Source of the DNA: Lama glama
Taxonomy: Eukaryota
Assembly: GCA_028534125.1 (NCBI GenBank)
Contig: CM052818.1
Span: forward strand, 4,528,001 to 4,592,000
Reading direction: 5' to 3'
DNA: 64,000 nucleotides
In this document: piece by piece, positions 36,578-50,999 of the stretch
Numbering within the stretch: the stretch's first letter is position 1
How the letters are laid out: the number at the start of each line of letters is the position of its first letter
Program-made: the position numbers and the translations under genes
The notes under the pieces: model-generated
What the model was told of the DNA's origin: nothing
The model's database searches: none
Seen by the model: the letters and a program-made list of their open reading frames with translations, nothing else

Positions 36578-39500
36578 GCTGTAAATGTTGTATAGCTGGC
36601 CTGTTTATTTTTTCTCTTTTGAGTAAACTTGTCCTTGAATTATGAGGGTAGGTTTTAGAAATGCTGAGGAATAGAGAAGTTCATGAATTTTTGTTCCTTA
36701 TGCATAGCGCCCACAGTTCTTGTGGCCTCTCTTCAGGTTTTTTTTCAGTGTGTTTCTGAGGCTATAGCAAGTGCAGACAGGTGTTTTGGAACAACTTCCT
36801 CTGTTATGTAGTGCCACTTACGCAGAGCAGAAGTCCAAAGGAGGTTACGTCATGTTTATAGTCTGATTTATTTTTCTGTAATATTTGTTACAGAAAATCC
36901 TAAATATTAAAAAAAACTCAATTTTTAAAAAAATGTCGAGGCCCATGACTTTTAATCTTATGCCCTTAATGCTTTCAGTCTTTGAATCCACATCATTCTG
37001 TGTAGGAATGCCAAGTACAGTAAAGTAATTTAATTTTTGAAAAAGAAGTTGTTAAAATTTTCTGTGTGATTAATTCTCCATAAGTAACCTTGAATAAATG
37101 GATTTCTTGATTTATGGCCACAGATATTGGAAATGGTCTTAAAATGTAATGGATTTTGTAAAGCATGTTGAACCCTGTCTCTGACACACAGAGAGGAAGT
37201 CACTGATAGTTGCAGAACGTCTTCTGGCTCTGGTGTCAGACAGTTTGAAGTGGAAGAACGTTTATAATTATTTCACTCCTTTTTTCACCTTCATCCCCTC
37301 AAATTTCTAGGTTTTTTTTTTCTCGAAGTAACTTCATAAGAGAAATAAATGTTATTAAGATCAAGTGAAGTGGCTGTGTTTTTTATTGCAAAGAAGCATG
37401 TAACTTGCATTTCTGTATATTTTTCATTTCATTAAGGAAAAAAAAATTAAGTGAAAAACATCATATGGTGGCAGAAAATTCTTAGCTAGATTATTGGTTT
37501 GTGAAAAGTCCAACTCTGCATTCTCTGAAACTGGAGGTTCTTAAGATTCTTAAACTGAGTAATTTAAGTGTTTATTGGGAGAAGTAAAAAACAGTTTGAA
37601 TGTATTCTGTTTTATGTCTAATTTCAAATACTTGTTATTCAGCACATAGCAAGGAGCTGAATGGTAGTAAGTGCGCTGGGTTGCTTATTTTTTGTTCATT
37701 TATTTCACAAATATTTAATGAAATTTACATTGCTAAATACTGTACTAAGTTCCAGGTAAGACAGCTCCTTTTATTCTATTTTAATCAAGTCTTATGGAAA
37801 AAAAAACTGGTCTTTTTGTTTAATTCAGTTTTTCAGATTTACTGGAAAATTTGTGACAAGTTGTGCTCATTAACCTTAGAATCATGAAGGGTGATGGGTT
37901 GATCTATTTGACTATGGTGCAGTTCTTGTTAACGTAGTTTGTTCCAAATGACAGTCTGCTCTAAGTTTAGATGTTAATTACATCTTATATTAATCTCTGC
38001 GGGAATTAACAAATTGGAGAGTTTATAGCTATAGATATTTTTAAGATTAGAATTATAGACTATTAATCTAATACTAAATAATGAGATTTGGTCTTTTAAT
38101 ATTATTTTAAGTACAATTTTCTTCTTGTTCACAGTTGCAGGATGGGAATTCATTTTAGTAAAATAGAATATGTTAAGAGGAAAACTGAACCTTGAATTAT
38201 GGTTTACATTCCTGGAATTCGAGGTTCTGTCAAGTTGATTGGTTTTTAAGATGCCCTGCAGATTAAAAAATTGTTCCACTTAGCTATTTGAAATGGGTTA
38301 GTATTCTTTCTAAATAAGCCTTTTAAAATTGACTAGAATGTAGGAAATGCTTAACAAATGGACAATATATTGAATATAGATACTTTTTCTTAAGTGTAGG
38401 TCATGGGAGAAGAAGATGACAAGTTTAGGAATCACTCAGCTTTAATACAGTTAAATCATACTTTTAAGCAATAAATTATCAGAAATCCTGGCTTTCCAAA
38501 GTGACATCAACTGAGAAAGGTTGAGCAGGGATTCTGAGCCTCATGTAATAGCTAGATTTGGTATATAAAGCGAAGAAAAAGAAGCACTGGTGTCTTGTTT
38601 TCCCCCCTGGCAGCATAGTTAGTAAACTTGCTGCAGTAAATTCAGGGGCTCTATTAACTGAATAGCAACGTATTTTATGTAAATGTTATCTGAATGTAGT
38701 TAGCTAATAAAAACATTTTGTCTTCCCTATATCCTGGTCTAAAACTTACCAGTTTTGGAAATACAAACTTTATTTTGTTTGTTTTATATATTAGCATTTG
38801 AGAGTTGTTATTAACAATTATGTTAGGGGGAAAGTATACAGCATTTCATAATAGAATTCTGTAGGTGTGTTCTACTTGATTAATTTGCTGTTACGTTGCT
38901 TGTGAGCAGGATTTCAAGAAGATGCTTTAATGTTTTTGGTTTGCAGATCTGTTTTCCATTCAGAGAGCAGCCACACTCTGACTTGATGTGCCTTTTTAAA
39001 GTGTTTATTTTATGGTATAATTTTTAATAATAGCCAGGAAAGATAAGTAGAGTGGTCCAGAAAAGGGAGTAGCTGTTATCTATTGGTCATTGAGGTTTAA
39101 TTTTAATTCTGTGACCTCTTATCCTGACCTTAGGCCAGAAACTAAAACCAGCCTAGCTCTGTATTAATCATCTGTTCATGAAAGGTTGAGAAAAAGTGCC
39201 AGTCCCCCACCAGGCCCCCTCTCCACCTTGAAGTCTAGCAGGTGCATCACGGCAGAATAACTGCACGCAAGATGTCAATTTTGTAAAGTGATACATTTCA
39301 GATAGTACACAAAACTTGATGGCAGGAAAAATAAGCTTTCATAAATGAAACATTTAAGAGACTTTTTTATTATTTGCTTTCAGTTTAGTGTTGCCTTTAA
39401 GGTGTGCCATTTCAGTTTGGCAGCTACAATAAATGACTGAAGGAAATTGAAGATGGTAATTCAGCATTTCAGGATGCTTCTGCTGAAATGAATGTAGACC

Positions 39501-39995
39501 TACCCAGGGCTTGAATTTAAAGTTTATAGTAATACAGTATTTTAAAGCCAAGTACCCAGGAAATTCATGGTGATAGGATCTGAATGAGCTGATTAGGAGA
39601 AATAGAAAAGAATACCTTCAACTCCTTATTAGATGGTTGTTAGCTATTGAGAGGCTGTATTGAAAAGTGTCAGTGTAAAAAGGATGGAGGCTTGTTACAT
39701 GCAATTTGCTATAGTGTACAGTTTATCTTGGACCTTGTCCAAAGATCTTTAGTTATTAAAATAACAAAGGAATTATTATAGCAAGGAATCACTTCTGCTT
39801 TAGTGCTATAGAAATGGGTTCCCTGTAGGCCGTGTTGCAATGTGTCTGGTAGATACCGTTTCATTCAGTGACATTTGCTCTCTCTAATAACGCATTCCTT
39901 GACTTACTTCAGTTGAAAGCATTTAGTATCTCATTTCTGACACTTCCCTTCTTTACTATTTTTCCCTTAAGAAGGAAATCATTATTTAAAGTGTG

Positions 39996-40480
39996 TGTAA
40001 ACATCGGGGTGCATGTTTCTTTCTGAATTAGTGTTTTTGTTTTTTTCATATATATATACCCAGGAGTGAAATTGCTGGGTCATAGGGTGGTTCTGTTTTT
40101 GGTTTTTCAATGTTCATAGCAGCATTATTTACGATTGCCAAGGTATGGAAGCAACCTAAGGGTCCATCGACAGACAAATGGATAGAGAAGATGCAGTATA
40201 TATCGACAATGAAATACTACTCACCCATAAAAAAGAATGAACTTTCACCATCTGCAGGAACATGAGTGGACTTGGGGGGCATTATGCTAAGTGAAATAAG
40301 CAGGCAGAGAAAGGCAAACACTGTGTTATAGCACTTTTTTTTTGTGGAATCTGAAATACACAGCAAATGAGTGAATATAACAAAAAAGCAGATTCACAGA
40401 TAACAGAGAACAGAACAAATTAGTGGTTCCCAGTGGGGAGAGGAAAGGAGGGGAGGGTCAATATAGGGGTAGGAGGAAAA
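39996..40480 (+). mobile_element. L1 3' fragment with a 5' inversion
   Basis: 39996-40107 is antisense L1 ORF2 end; 40108 onward is sense (caatgttcatagcagcattattt...ggaagcaacctaag). Confidence 0.8.
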
Positions 40481-40845
40481 AATTCTAATAGTTGCTGGGT
40501 TTTGACATTTGTGAGTTTCAACATTATGGTTTTGACTATTGGTGAGTGACTTTGTAGGTCCATGGACTATATAGTATTTTGCTGTTTTGCCAAGGCATAG
40601 TCTTAATTCCTGCCAAATTCCATGCAGGAAGGCATTGTTCAGTGAATGATTTAGCCTAGCTCACCTCTCGGCATCCCCAGTTTTTTCCCCTCCCTTGCAG
40701 TCTCATTCATTTATTCGCTCACTCACTGAACAAATATTTATTGAGCTCCTCACGTGTGTCAAGTTCTGTTACAGGCATGGGAGATTCAGCAGTTATCCAA
40801 ACAGTATATCGTGATTAGGAGATGTCAAACTTCACATGAAAAATG

Positions 40846-41266
40846 GCTGCTGTGGGTTGACTTGTGTTCCCCTCAAATGAGTATGTTAAAGTCCGAATCC
40901 TTAATACCTCGTCATGTAAGCCTATTTAGAAATAGGGTTGTTGTGGATGCAGTTAGTGAAGAGATCATAGGGTGGACCCTAATGCAGTATGACTGGTGTC
41001 ATTTTGAAAAGGGGAAATTTGAACAAAGAGTTGCACACCAGGAGAGCACTATATGAAGATGAAGGCAGAGATCAGGGTGATGCTTCCATAGGCCATGGCA
41101 CGTCAGAGATCACCTGCAAAGCACCGGAAGCTGGGTGAGAGGCCTGGGACGCTCTCAGCCCTCACTCAGAGGGAACTAACCTGGCCAACGCCGTGACGTT
41201 GGACTTCTAGCCTCCAGAACTATGCGGCAATATATTTCTGTCTTGTGAGCCCTAGCAGACTAAAAC
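40846..41266 (+). mobile_element. MLT1 (MaLR) solo LTR
   Basis: tgtgggttgacttgtgttcccc...tatttagaaatagggt...ttggacttctagcctccagaact...gccctagcagactaa. Confidence 0.8.
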
Positions 41267-43469
41267 GATGACCATTTGAGGGAAGGAATTAGAAAGATCA
41301 ATAACTTGGATGTGAAAGTATGTGTGAGAAACTTTATGACCCAAGATGAACATGGAATTCTGAAGAAAACCAGGAACGTGTGTAAACTTTTCTAGGAGTA
41401 TTTTTGAATTTGAGCAAAGATCAAGGGTCTGAAGCCAGAATGTTCAGACCTTTCTAGCAGACATTGTTAATTTTGCCTGAGTGTTCGTACCAGCTTTTGA
41501 ACTTCATCTTGGTTTGAAGAAACTCATTTCCCTGGAGGAAAGAAGACCCTGTCAGGTTTCCGCAGAGGAGAGATTTTTCACCAAACCTATTATCGTGCGT
41601 CATGCAGTCTTCCTAATGCAACGCAGCCAGCAGGTTCAAATAATGAAAATAAATATGCAAAACATCTGACACAAGTTGGACGTAATCTGTGCTCATCCAA
41701 GAGCACAAACCACTTAAAAAATCTCTTACTGAATTCATCTGGATAGAGATTTTGATTGCTTAACTCTATATCATGTGCTGTGTAGTTTTCTTTTTTAAGT
41801 TAGGTATTAGAGAACTCAGAAGTGGGTTTTTACTCCTAATGATTTGGTACCAGTTTAATTAAAAAAAATTTGGTAAATGTTGCCTACTGGTTTCAGCTTT
41901 TATAGTCAACCGGTAGATTAAACAGAAGACAAGAATGTAAATGGGATCAACCTTGACCAGGTAAAAGCGAGCTAGAAAAGGGAAGGGTTGAAGGCACTCT
42001 TATGGTAAGAAACTCGGATGCTGCCCCACACTGATGGGTGAATGTGGTTTTAAGCCAGTTGTACAGGTAATGGCTGTGTTTTTCTTTTTAATTCTTCCAT
42101 CGAAAGCTGGAAGGAGTAACGGTGGTGGGAGTGGTATAAATCAATTCCTCATTTTTCGGATGGAGAGTCAGTAAGAGAGAGCCATCAATGTAGGTGTGTG
42201 TTAGGTAGGTAATCACCAGAATCCAAGACAAAAATGATGTAAAAGTGATACTCCCTCACGTGAACAGAGGTGAAGTGGGGGCACAGGTTTTTTTGTTTTT
42301 GTTGTGCCCATGATGTCTTCATTAAAAAAAAAATGAGAAATTGATGCTGATTGAAGACATTTGTTCAAAGAAGCAGCCCGGCAGTGGGCTAATCTAGTGA
42401 ATGCTGGTTATTTAGTTTGTGGACAGTTAAGCAATGAGTAAAATCCTTCAGTGATAAGGAAATAACATGAGAATGCTTAAGTGTCATAGCAGCTATTTCA
42501 CTGTCTTAAAAAAAAAAACTATGCATATAAGAATGTCTAAGCACCCAGTAGTTTTCCTGCATTTGGGCTCAGTTTAATTTTAGACAAATTACATTCCAGA
42601 TATAGCCAGAAAATGAGAGTTTTTATTTGAACGTGGCTCTCTTCCTAACCTGCTTTCTGTGTCCTTTTGAAACTTCTGAATGTTGTTCAAGATAAAGTTA
42701 GACACCACAAAAATAGGGTTGCATGTAAGTGACAGTGTGATCTTTGTTTGAATGTCTAAATAACGCTAAATCGGAAGAGGGAGGTTAGTTCGTAGGAAAC
42801 GCTTATTACATTTTTTTCCAAGATCTATTTTCTCACTGCAATCTAACTGGGTTGTAATGGAAATTTGTTGTTTGGTATCAGAAGTTATACATGTCGCAAG
42901 TGTAGCAAAACATAACATCTTTTAGGATTTGTCCTAAACATGAATAAAATTAGGGCTTAAGGAATTGCAGTTGCTCGATTTTATCTTTTACTTGTTAAAT
43001 TTGTAGAAGACGGTAATAAAAACCAGCCTAATAGTGCTTCCTTAATTGTTGACTACTTAAAATTTTATTTTAGCGTAAGTTATTTTTAAGCTACAGTATA
43101 TATACTTAGCTATATTATGCCTAAATAAATAACATTGAAAATACCTGTAGTTAAATTTCGTTCTTCTGCTTAGCTGGGCATTTAAGGTAACAAAATAAAT
43201 ACATGACATTGAAAATAAATGTTAAAAGCAGCTTTTGGGAATAGTGTTAATGTGTGTTTTAATCCTTTAAGGGAGGTACTATGTACAGCTTAATACAAAT
43301 CTCATCCTCTGACTTACTAAGCGTAACTCTTCTGTGCTGCTTTGATATTTACCAGAAACATTTGAAATAATCATCTTAAGCTATAACGGTATGAGATGTA
43401 CTTCTTGCCTGTACTCCCCTTCCCTCTTATAAGTAATCTTAATAGATTAATTAATAAACATGAATTTTT

Positions 43470-44270
43470 AGATTAATTTTAGATTCATAACAGAAAACAG
43501 AGGGTTCCTATGTACTCCCTCGCCCCTCCCCTCCCCTAGCCCCCACCACTAAAGACATCTACCAACCAGAGCCGTGCATTTCTTATACCGGCTGAACCTA
43601 CAAAGATGCAACATCATTACCCAGGTCGATAGTTTACATTAGGGCTCACTCTGGGTGTTGTACATTCTTTGGATTTGGACAAATGTATAATGACGTGTAT
43701 CCATCATTATAGTGTCGTACAGAGTAGGTTCATTCCCCCCAAAATCCTGTCTTCCACCTATTTGTCCCTCCCTCCCCACAACCCCTGGCAACCACTGATC
43801 TTTTTACATTTTTACAGTCTTAATAGCTTTTTCTGCAATGTCATATAACTGGAATCATGCAATATGTAGCAATTTTCAGATTGGCTTCCTTCACATAGTA
43901 TATTATGCATTTAAATTCCTCCATGTTTTCTCATGGCTTGATAGCTCATTTCTTTTTAGTGCTGAATGATACTCTGTTGCCTGGAAGGACCACAGTTTAT
44001 TTATCCAGTCACTTCCTGAAGGACATCTTGGTTGCTTCCAAGTTTTGGCAGCGATGGATAGAGCTGCTGTCACCATCCGTGTGCCGGTTTTTGTGGGAAC
44101 ATAAGTCTTCAACTCCTGTGGGTAGATACCAAAGTGGAGGATTGCTGGATCATAAGGAAAAAAGTGTGTTCAGTTTTTAAAGAAACTGCCAGACTTTCCC
44201 AAAGTGGCCCTACCATTTTGTATTCTCACCAGCAATGAATGAGTCTTTTTCTGCATCTTCGCTAGCATTT
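43470..44270 (-). mobile_element. L1MC-like 3' end
   Basis: atagtttacattagggctcactctgggtgttgtacattct; minus-strand ORF MKTYVPTKT...WKQPRCPS is L1 ORF2 C-terminal-like. Confidence 0.8.
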
Positions 44271-44467
44271 GGTGGTGGTGTAATTTATTTTTAAAGCTTT
44301 TATTTGTAGATTCTGCTAGATACATTTTTGTAGAGGTTCAAAGCAAAAAAAAAAAGTATTTAAGTGATCAAAGGAGGTGTAGAAAATCTTAAGTTTGTTA
44401 ATGATAACATTGAAAAGGAGTTGGGGTCTGCCCCCTGAGAAGCTGGCACCTAGAATATTTCATTCTG

Positions 44468-44591
44468 TATTTATTTATTTAGGGGGAGATAATTAGGTTT
44501 ACTTATTTATTTTAGAGGAATTACTAGGGATTGAACCCAGGACCTTATGTGTGCTGAGCGCGCGATGTACCACTTGAGCTATACCTTCCCC
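44468..44591 (-). mobile_element. vic-1-like SINE
   Basis: gggattgaacccagg...gagctataccttcccc; TSD gaatatttcattctg/gaacatttcattctg. Confidence 0.85.
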
Positions 44592-45051
44592 TGGAACATT
44601 TCATTCTGAGTAAGATGGGCTTCAATTTAAAATGCATCTTAAAATTCCCTGGATTTCCTGACTCACTGGAAGTATTTTCAATATATTCGAATTTCTATGA
44701 GGCAGAGCATTAGACTCTTCTTCCAAAAATACACTTTTTTTTTTGTCAGATCAGAGAGAAATAAGAAATGCATAATGTGTGGCTTGGAAAGCACAATTGA
44801 ATTTATTAGGGCTTTGTCTTTAATGCTCTCCTTACCAATTGTTTTAAATGTTTTTGCCTTTTATCAAGATAAAGTAGAAGTGATACCTTAGAATTCCTAC
44901 TGGATTGTCATTTGCACAAGTGAAACCCAGGCTCAATGTTTACTTTTTTGGTAGGTATCTGTAGTTAAAGCATAGGTTATTCAATTTAAAAATGATGTAC
45001 ATATGAATAAAAAGATTCTCCAGTCATCCCTTTGTCTCTGAATAGTTACTA

Positions 45052-45054
<3 letters not shown>

Positions 45055-45097
<43 letters not shown>
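45055..45097. repeat. (TG)~21 microsatellite
   Basis: Uninterrupted TG run. Confidence 0.95.
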
Positions 45098-45099
<2 letters not shown>

Positions 45100-45684
45100 T
45101 AAGGTCATGCGTGGTCCACGTGCGAGAGTCTCAGCATTCACGGCCGCTAAGACCAGGTCCTTGCCATGAATGGGACAGACCTTGTGTTATTTCATTAATG
45201 ATTCGTGCAAGCCAGTTGAGGAGGGTATTTATTATTTTCTGTTTACGAGATGACGGAGACTCTGGATGGCTAGGCCTTGTTCAAGGGCACACAATTAGTG
45301 AGGCTATGATGAGAGTCCCCTCCACCGCTGTCCCTGCCCTAAGCGTTATCACCGGGGAGGAGCTAACTGCACATGGGGAGGCTTCGCGCTCTGCAGACCT
45401 GGGTCAGCCATGGATGCTGTTTGCTGATTGGCCAAACTTGCCCTGAGTTTTCCAACGCTGGAAAGCTGCTTTCAGCTTTGGTTTCTGTAGTGTCAGTGTT
45501 AAATTTGCACACCAACTTTTGAGCATGGTTTGGAGCTGTGTCACATTTCTGACTCTATGCTCTATTGCTTGGGTCAGCGATGGGAAAATCATGCTGAATT
45601 TTTGACCCAGCTTGACGATTTTTTTTTTTCTCCAGCTCAGTCTTAAAACTATCCAAAAAGTATACTGTTGTGTGTGTGTATGTA

Positions 45685-45775
45685 GGGGTGGGGGGTGCAT
45701 AGGGCTCGGTGGTAGAGCATATGCTTAGTATGCACAAGGTCCTGGGTTCAATCCTCAATATCTCCATCAAAAAAT
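45685..45775 (+). mobile_element. vic-1-like SINE (short form)
   Basis: gctcggtggtagagcatatgcttag...ggttcaatcc; TSD tgtgtgtgtatgta. Confidence 0.85.
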
Positions 45776-48700
45776 ATACATATGTGTGTGTATGTATATG
45801 TGTATATATATGTATACTTATATATAAAAGCATATTATGGATACACCTGGCATATTCTTCATTCCTCAAAAACAATTCTTTACTTAAATGAATAGATTTA
45901 ATTGATTGACTCCCCACACCTCCTGGCCATTTAAAACATGTTCTTTACAGAAAATAAAGAGAAGGAAGTCTGTCGCCCCTCCCTCCCCACCAAGATAATT
46001 AACATTTAAAATATTTTTGGGGATCGTTATCCATTTATATTTAAATGCAAGTACAGCTTTTTCATTGTGCTTTTTATTTTCCCACTTGGTAATAATAAGC
46101 ATTTCAATGGGACAGCTTCAAGATGTAGCTGGTTAAGTTAAACAGGTGTTTCACCGAGTGCCTACTATGTGCTGATGCCCACCTGGCCTGAGACTAGAAG
46201 ACTGAAGTGCATAGCTCCGGCTCTTGCTTGAATTTACAATCTAGACGAGGTTTTCCCTCAATCTTTATGTAACATACAGGAACCCTTTATAATGTAACTG
46301 CCTGCTTCAAAATGAATCACTTTTCATTATTTGAATTTTCACTCTTGGGGTTTTCTTGAAGGTGTCTTTCTGTCTCTTCGGTTAGATTTGTTATCTTTGC
46401 ATTTGCAGATCAGCGCCACTGGGTGGCAGCAAAGGAACATAGAAGATTTTCTGTTTTGCTTTCACGTACACAAAAAACAAAGTGAAAGCTATTCTTTGGA
46501 TTTCGTGGGTGATGAGAAGAAAAAATAGAGTGATTAAAACTTGACACTGAACTAAAGCAGATGAAACCCCAACACGTCTCATCACTAAATGAATGTTACC
46601 GTCATGTAAAAAAATTGAATTTATGTTTTAATGTTACTAAAGCCATATTGTAAAGTTCTTTTCCAATTTTTTTAATCACAAAGATATCTTTCAAAATTCC
46701 TATGCAATTACTTTTCTGTTTATAAAGGTGAAGAATAAAAGCCAAAGCAGGTATTAAGAAAAACTTGTTCAGCAAGAAACTTGTGAACAGAGATTTTGAC
46801 TGTCAAGAGACAATGGGAAAGGGTCCTTTTTTTTTGATAGCCTGTTTTAAAGAGCATTCTTGGAGAAGATTGAATTTAGTTTGGAGATCTTGTCCATAGA
46901 CAAGAGTTTGTTTTCTTTTTTCCTTTTAAAAATTGCTTACTAAGCAGATTTAAAGTAATGTGAGCCTCTTGGCAGATTTCCTCCCATTTCTATAGAGTTA
47001 CAATGGTTTTAGTTCCCAACTGAGAATACCTTGGATATACTATGTAGCTCCAGCTGAAAATGTGAAGTGATGTTGAGTAAGTGACAAGGTAACAAACACT
47101 TGTTTATTTTATTTTAGGTTTTGTACAGATACTTGAAATCTCCTTAGGTGAAAATACACCTTGTCCTTTCTCCCAAACATTTTTCAACATAATACTTTAA
47201 AAGAACCTTTTAATTTTTAGACACAAATATATTTAGCCTATCTGAAAACTTCAACGAGTTACATAAAATATTGGGTGCAGAACGGAAAGGTTGCTTTCGT
47301 CCGGAGAGCCGAGTATTGAGCAAGCCAGGGTAGCACCCTGGGGCTTGTTCTCAGAGGATCGTGGGAGAACAGAGGGTATGTTTCTTCCCCTGCTGAGCTT
47401 GGGACCTTCCAGTGGTGCTTGGAACCTGAGCCCTTCCTGACTTATTTCTTTTTGGCAACATTATCATTGCCTTTTGATGTATGTATGATATAGATCAATG
47501 AACCTTGTGTTACTTGATTCTTGGTGGAAATGAAGTTTTGAAAAATAGGAAAGACCCCCCCTCCCCCAGCCCCCCCAACCCCGTAATGAGGCCACCAGAA
47601 TCTCAATGTCATCTTCCTTAAACAATACTCAAGTAAAATATTCCAGCAGTATTTATGGGTACTGAGACGTGAAACCTCAACCTGAAATCATAGCTGGTAA
47701 CTTTCTGGGCTTGGATGCTGGCTCTCAGTGTCTGCTGCAGACCGAGAACAAGGAGAGAGAAAGAATTCTTACTTGCACCATTCCTTCCTTTTTGGGGCAA
47801 TATTTTTTGGTCGGGGGAGCCAGAAGTGAAGCATTTGTGTTGTCCCAGTGCAAGACAGATTTGTGTCAGGTGCATTTAGTTTCTTCCTTAGAAACTACGT
47901 GGTCACTGTGTTGAAAGAGACTCAGTTGCTATTTCTATGAGTCCAGAGTATTTGTGGGTGGAGGGTTGTAAATCCTCTTGGAAGATTTCTAGGAGAGAAA
48001 GTTTTACATGCTTCTTTAGGAATAATCCCCTATAAATTTCCCTTTGGGTCTATCATTTGGCCATATGGGTTTCATTTATTTGTACTGGCGATCAAGATAT
48101 TAAGGGAAAATATAAATATAATGAAACAAAGTTCGTTTTGAAAGTGAATGACAGTAAAACTAGAGTCTGGAACTGAATACCCTTGGTAGCTGCCTTTACA
48201 GACTTCAGGGACCTATCTTTCAAATATCAGGATGTATTTTGTTCGACTTATTTTTATGGCGATTTTAAATTTCATGGAATTTGGTGACCCAACCTTAAAT
48301 CACTGATCTTGAAATATATCTTGAGATACAATATCTCAAATAGAACGTTTTTTAATGTGAATTGCAGAACACCGGCAAGAATGTTACAACACAGCTTTGA
48401 GTCTCTTGATTCTGTCCGTGACTGTTGCCTTTGAAATAAGTCACCGAAATTATGCTGATGCTTCTCCATCTATAAAGTGGGCACAACCATGCCATTTTTC
48501 CCTCATCAACTGTGCAAATTCAAATAAAAAGGAGTCAGGGTTTTGGAAGGAAATGCCATTTAAAATGTTATGCTGATAGGACTAAAATTAAGATGACTTA
48601 CATCAAAACTGGACAAATGTAATGAGAAGTTTCTAGTTTGTTCTTTATTCCTTTTGTCCCAAATAAGGTTTTTAATGGTTGCGGCGGTCACATTGGGAAG

Positions 48701-48959
48701 TTAGCGTTCTCAGCCTGAAGCCTGATCCTGGAGTCTTATGTCCTCTGTTTGGACAGAGAAGGTTCTGCTAGATTTCTTGAAATCATGGGCTGATCCTTGA
48801 AGGAGTCAGGCAGCGAACAATTTCTAACAAAGTACAGGATATTATATAAGAAAGTGTCAACCTTCTTATTTACTTGGAGAAGGAAAAACAGAGCACAAGG
48901 AAGAGAGTCCGCCGTGTTTGTTATGAGTGAGAATCCTTCTTCTTGATTCCAGAGCATCA

Positions 48960-49128
48960 GTGAGAGCGGTGCCTCTCTGCTCTGGCCCCGCATCACTCCT
49001 GGAGCTCTTAAAAATATTCCTCAGGCCCCGGAACAGCAAATCAGGCTTTCTGGGCGTGGGCCCCAGGCGTTGGTATCATTCAAAGCTTCTCAGGATGTGT
49101 CATGACCATCCAGGGTTGAGAAGCCTTG
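48960..49128. mobile_element. MER5-like hAT MITE
   Basis: cctggagctcttaaaaata...gtgggccccagg...ccagggttgagaagcc. Confidence 0.55.
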
Positions 49129-50999
49129 ATCTAAAGTCTACAGTCGAGACCAACAACTTTGTAAAAGGCTGAAACAAGAGAACAGCCTTCAACAGCCATT
49201 TCTTTGTTCTTGCTTTTGTTTCCTTATTTTTCCAAAGTGAACCTGTAAGTTGAAGGCAAGCAACAAAACATATAACAAAGATGGGCTCAAAGTCAGACAG
49301 TGAATCTTGGCAGCTGACCACGCACGGTCCTTCCTGGGACCATTCTAACTTGGCTGCACCTCTGTGAGGGAGGGGGTCATTCCTTCTAGCCTGTCTACTC
49401 ACTCTACCAGTAACAGGAACTGAAAAAGGAGCAAAAAATTCATCGGAGCCGTCCCCGAGACAGCTGAAGTTCTTAGGTAGTGACACAAAAATGAAGGAAA
49501 TATTTTCCCCAATTTGAACTTGAGCCCCCCTCAAAAATGACAGATTTTAAGAAATGTGTGGTTTCTCGATTTTGTCTGGAAAGAATAGAAAAAGAAAGAA
49601 AGAGAAAAAGAAATCTCACTACTTGAAACATTCAAATAATGATTTAAGATCGTTTGCATAGACACAAACAAAAACACACTCAGGAGGTATCAGCTGTGAA
49701 AAATCACAGCTCTGGATGATGCTGTGTGGTACAGAGAAGAGCTGCTGGGGAGATAGATGCAAATTTTGAACCTGAGTTGGCCCTGGCTGGGACCTTAAAC
49801 ATCTCTTTCATTCTCACTCAACTTAAATTTCCTTACTTATAAAAGGGAATTGCATCTGTGATTCTGGGAAGCCAGGGACTTCATCTTCCACTTCTATGAT
49901 CCTTATTGACGTCTCAGATTAACCCTACTTGTAGAGATTTGAAGTTCCAATCGGCTGTATAGACTTGCTTTAGAAAAATTCCAACCACAGGTGATAATTT
50001 TTGCTGGGTGAGTAGAAAAGAATGTTGATGTCATTTACTATCAATTGCATTTGTCCCTTTTTATGAGTAAGATACTGTAGACATCGGATTAAATTTCAAG
50101 GCTGTCTTAGAAAGACACATTACACCGAGAACTGGGAAAAAGTCTTTTCACTGATTATGTTACAGACACTAATGTTTAATATGGCACATAAATCAGCAAA
50201 GGACACGAATAAGAGTCTGACATATTTTAAAAAGGAACCGAGCAATATACTTACATGTTTGACGTAGAGTTAGTACTTGACAAATGTTTGTTAAATGGTG
50301 AATGAATCTGAGAGATTGAAAAGCAATTTCTTAGTCTCAAATGCTAACCTGAAGAGGTTCTAAAAATCAGTGTTTTGGTCACAATGTGTGTTTTTGATTT
50401 AAACTGGATTTTTCTGAAATGGTTAAAACTTCAGTGCAGTAAAGTTGGAGAACATTATGAGACAAAAATAACCATTTTTAATTAGATAGTGCTTGGGTTA
50501 ATAGGCATGCCATTATTTTGAAATGTTCACAAAAGTTACAGCAAGTTTCGAAATATCTTTAACCCATTTAATTAAAACCATGATATCAATGAACAGCTCT
50601 AAGGAAGTTTTTCCTATGCAGTGTACATCTAGTTTTTACTATGGGTGTGCCAACTCTGATAAAGTTTGAAACTATAAAGCACAGGTTTGTTAAGATGTGG
50701 AAGAAAGTGGAAGTCACATTAATGTTCTGATACATCCTACGCCTTAAACTTGTACAGTGTTGTATGTCAATTATATCTCAATAAAACTGAAGGAAAATAT
50801 TCTGATCTAATCGTTTGTTTAAATCAATACTTTTAAAAAGACATCTGTTCGGTTAAATGATTACTGGGCTACTTTAGATTAAATAGTTATAATTTGATGA
50901 ACCACTTGGGAATGAGAGGAATTAGAAAGCCTTTTGATTTCTTGGCTCCTCTTAAGATGAAAAAGAGAGGATAAAACTAGGCTTCAGTGTCTTCTGCTT

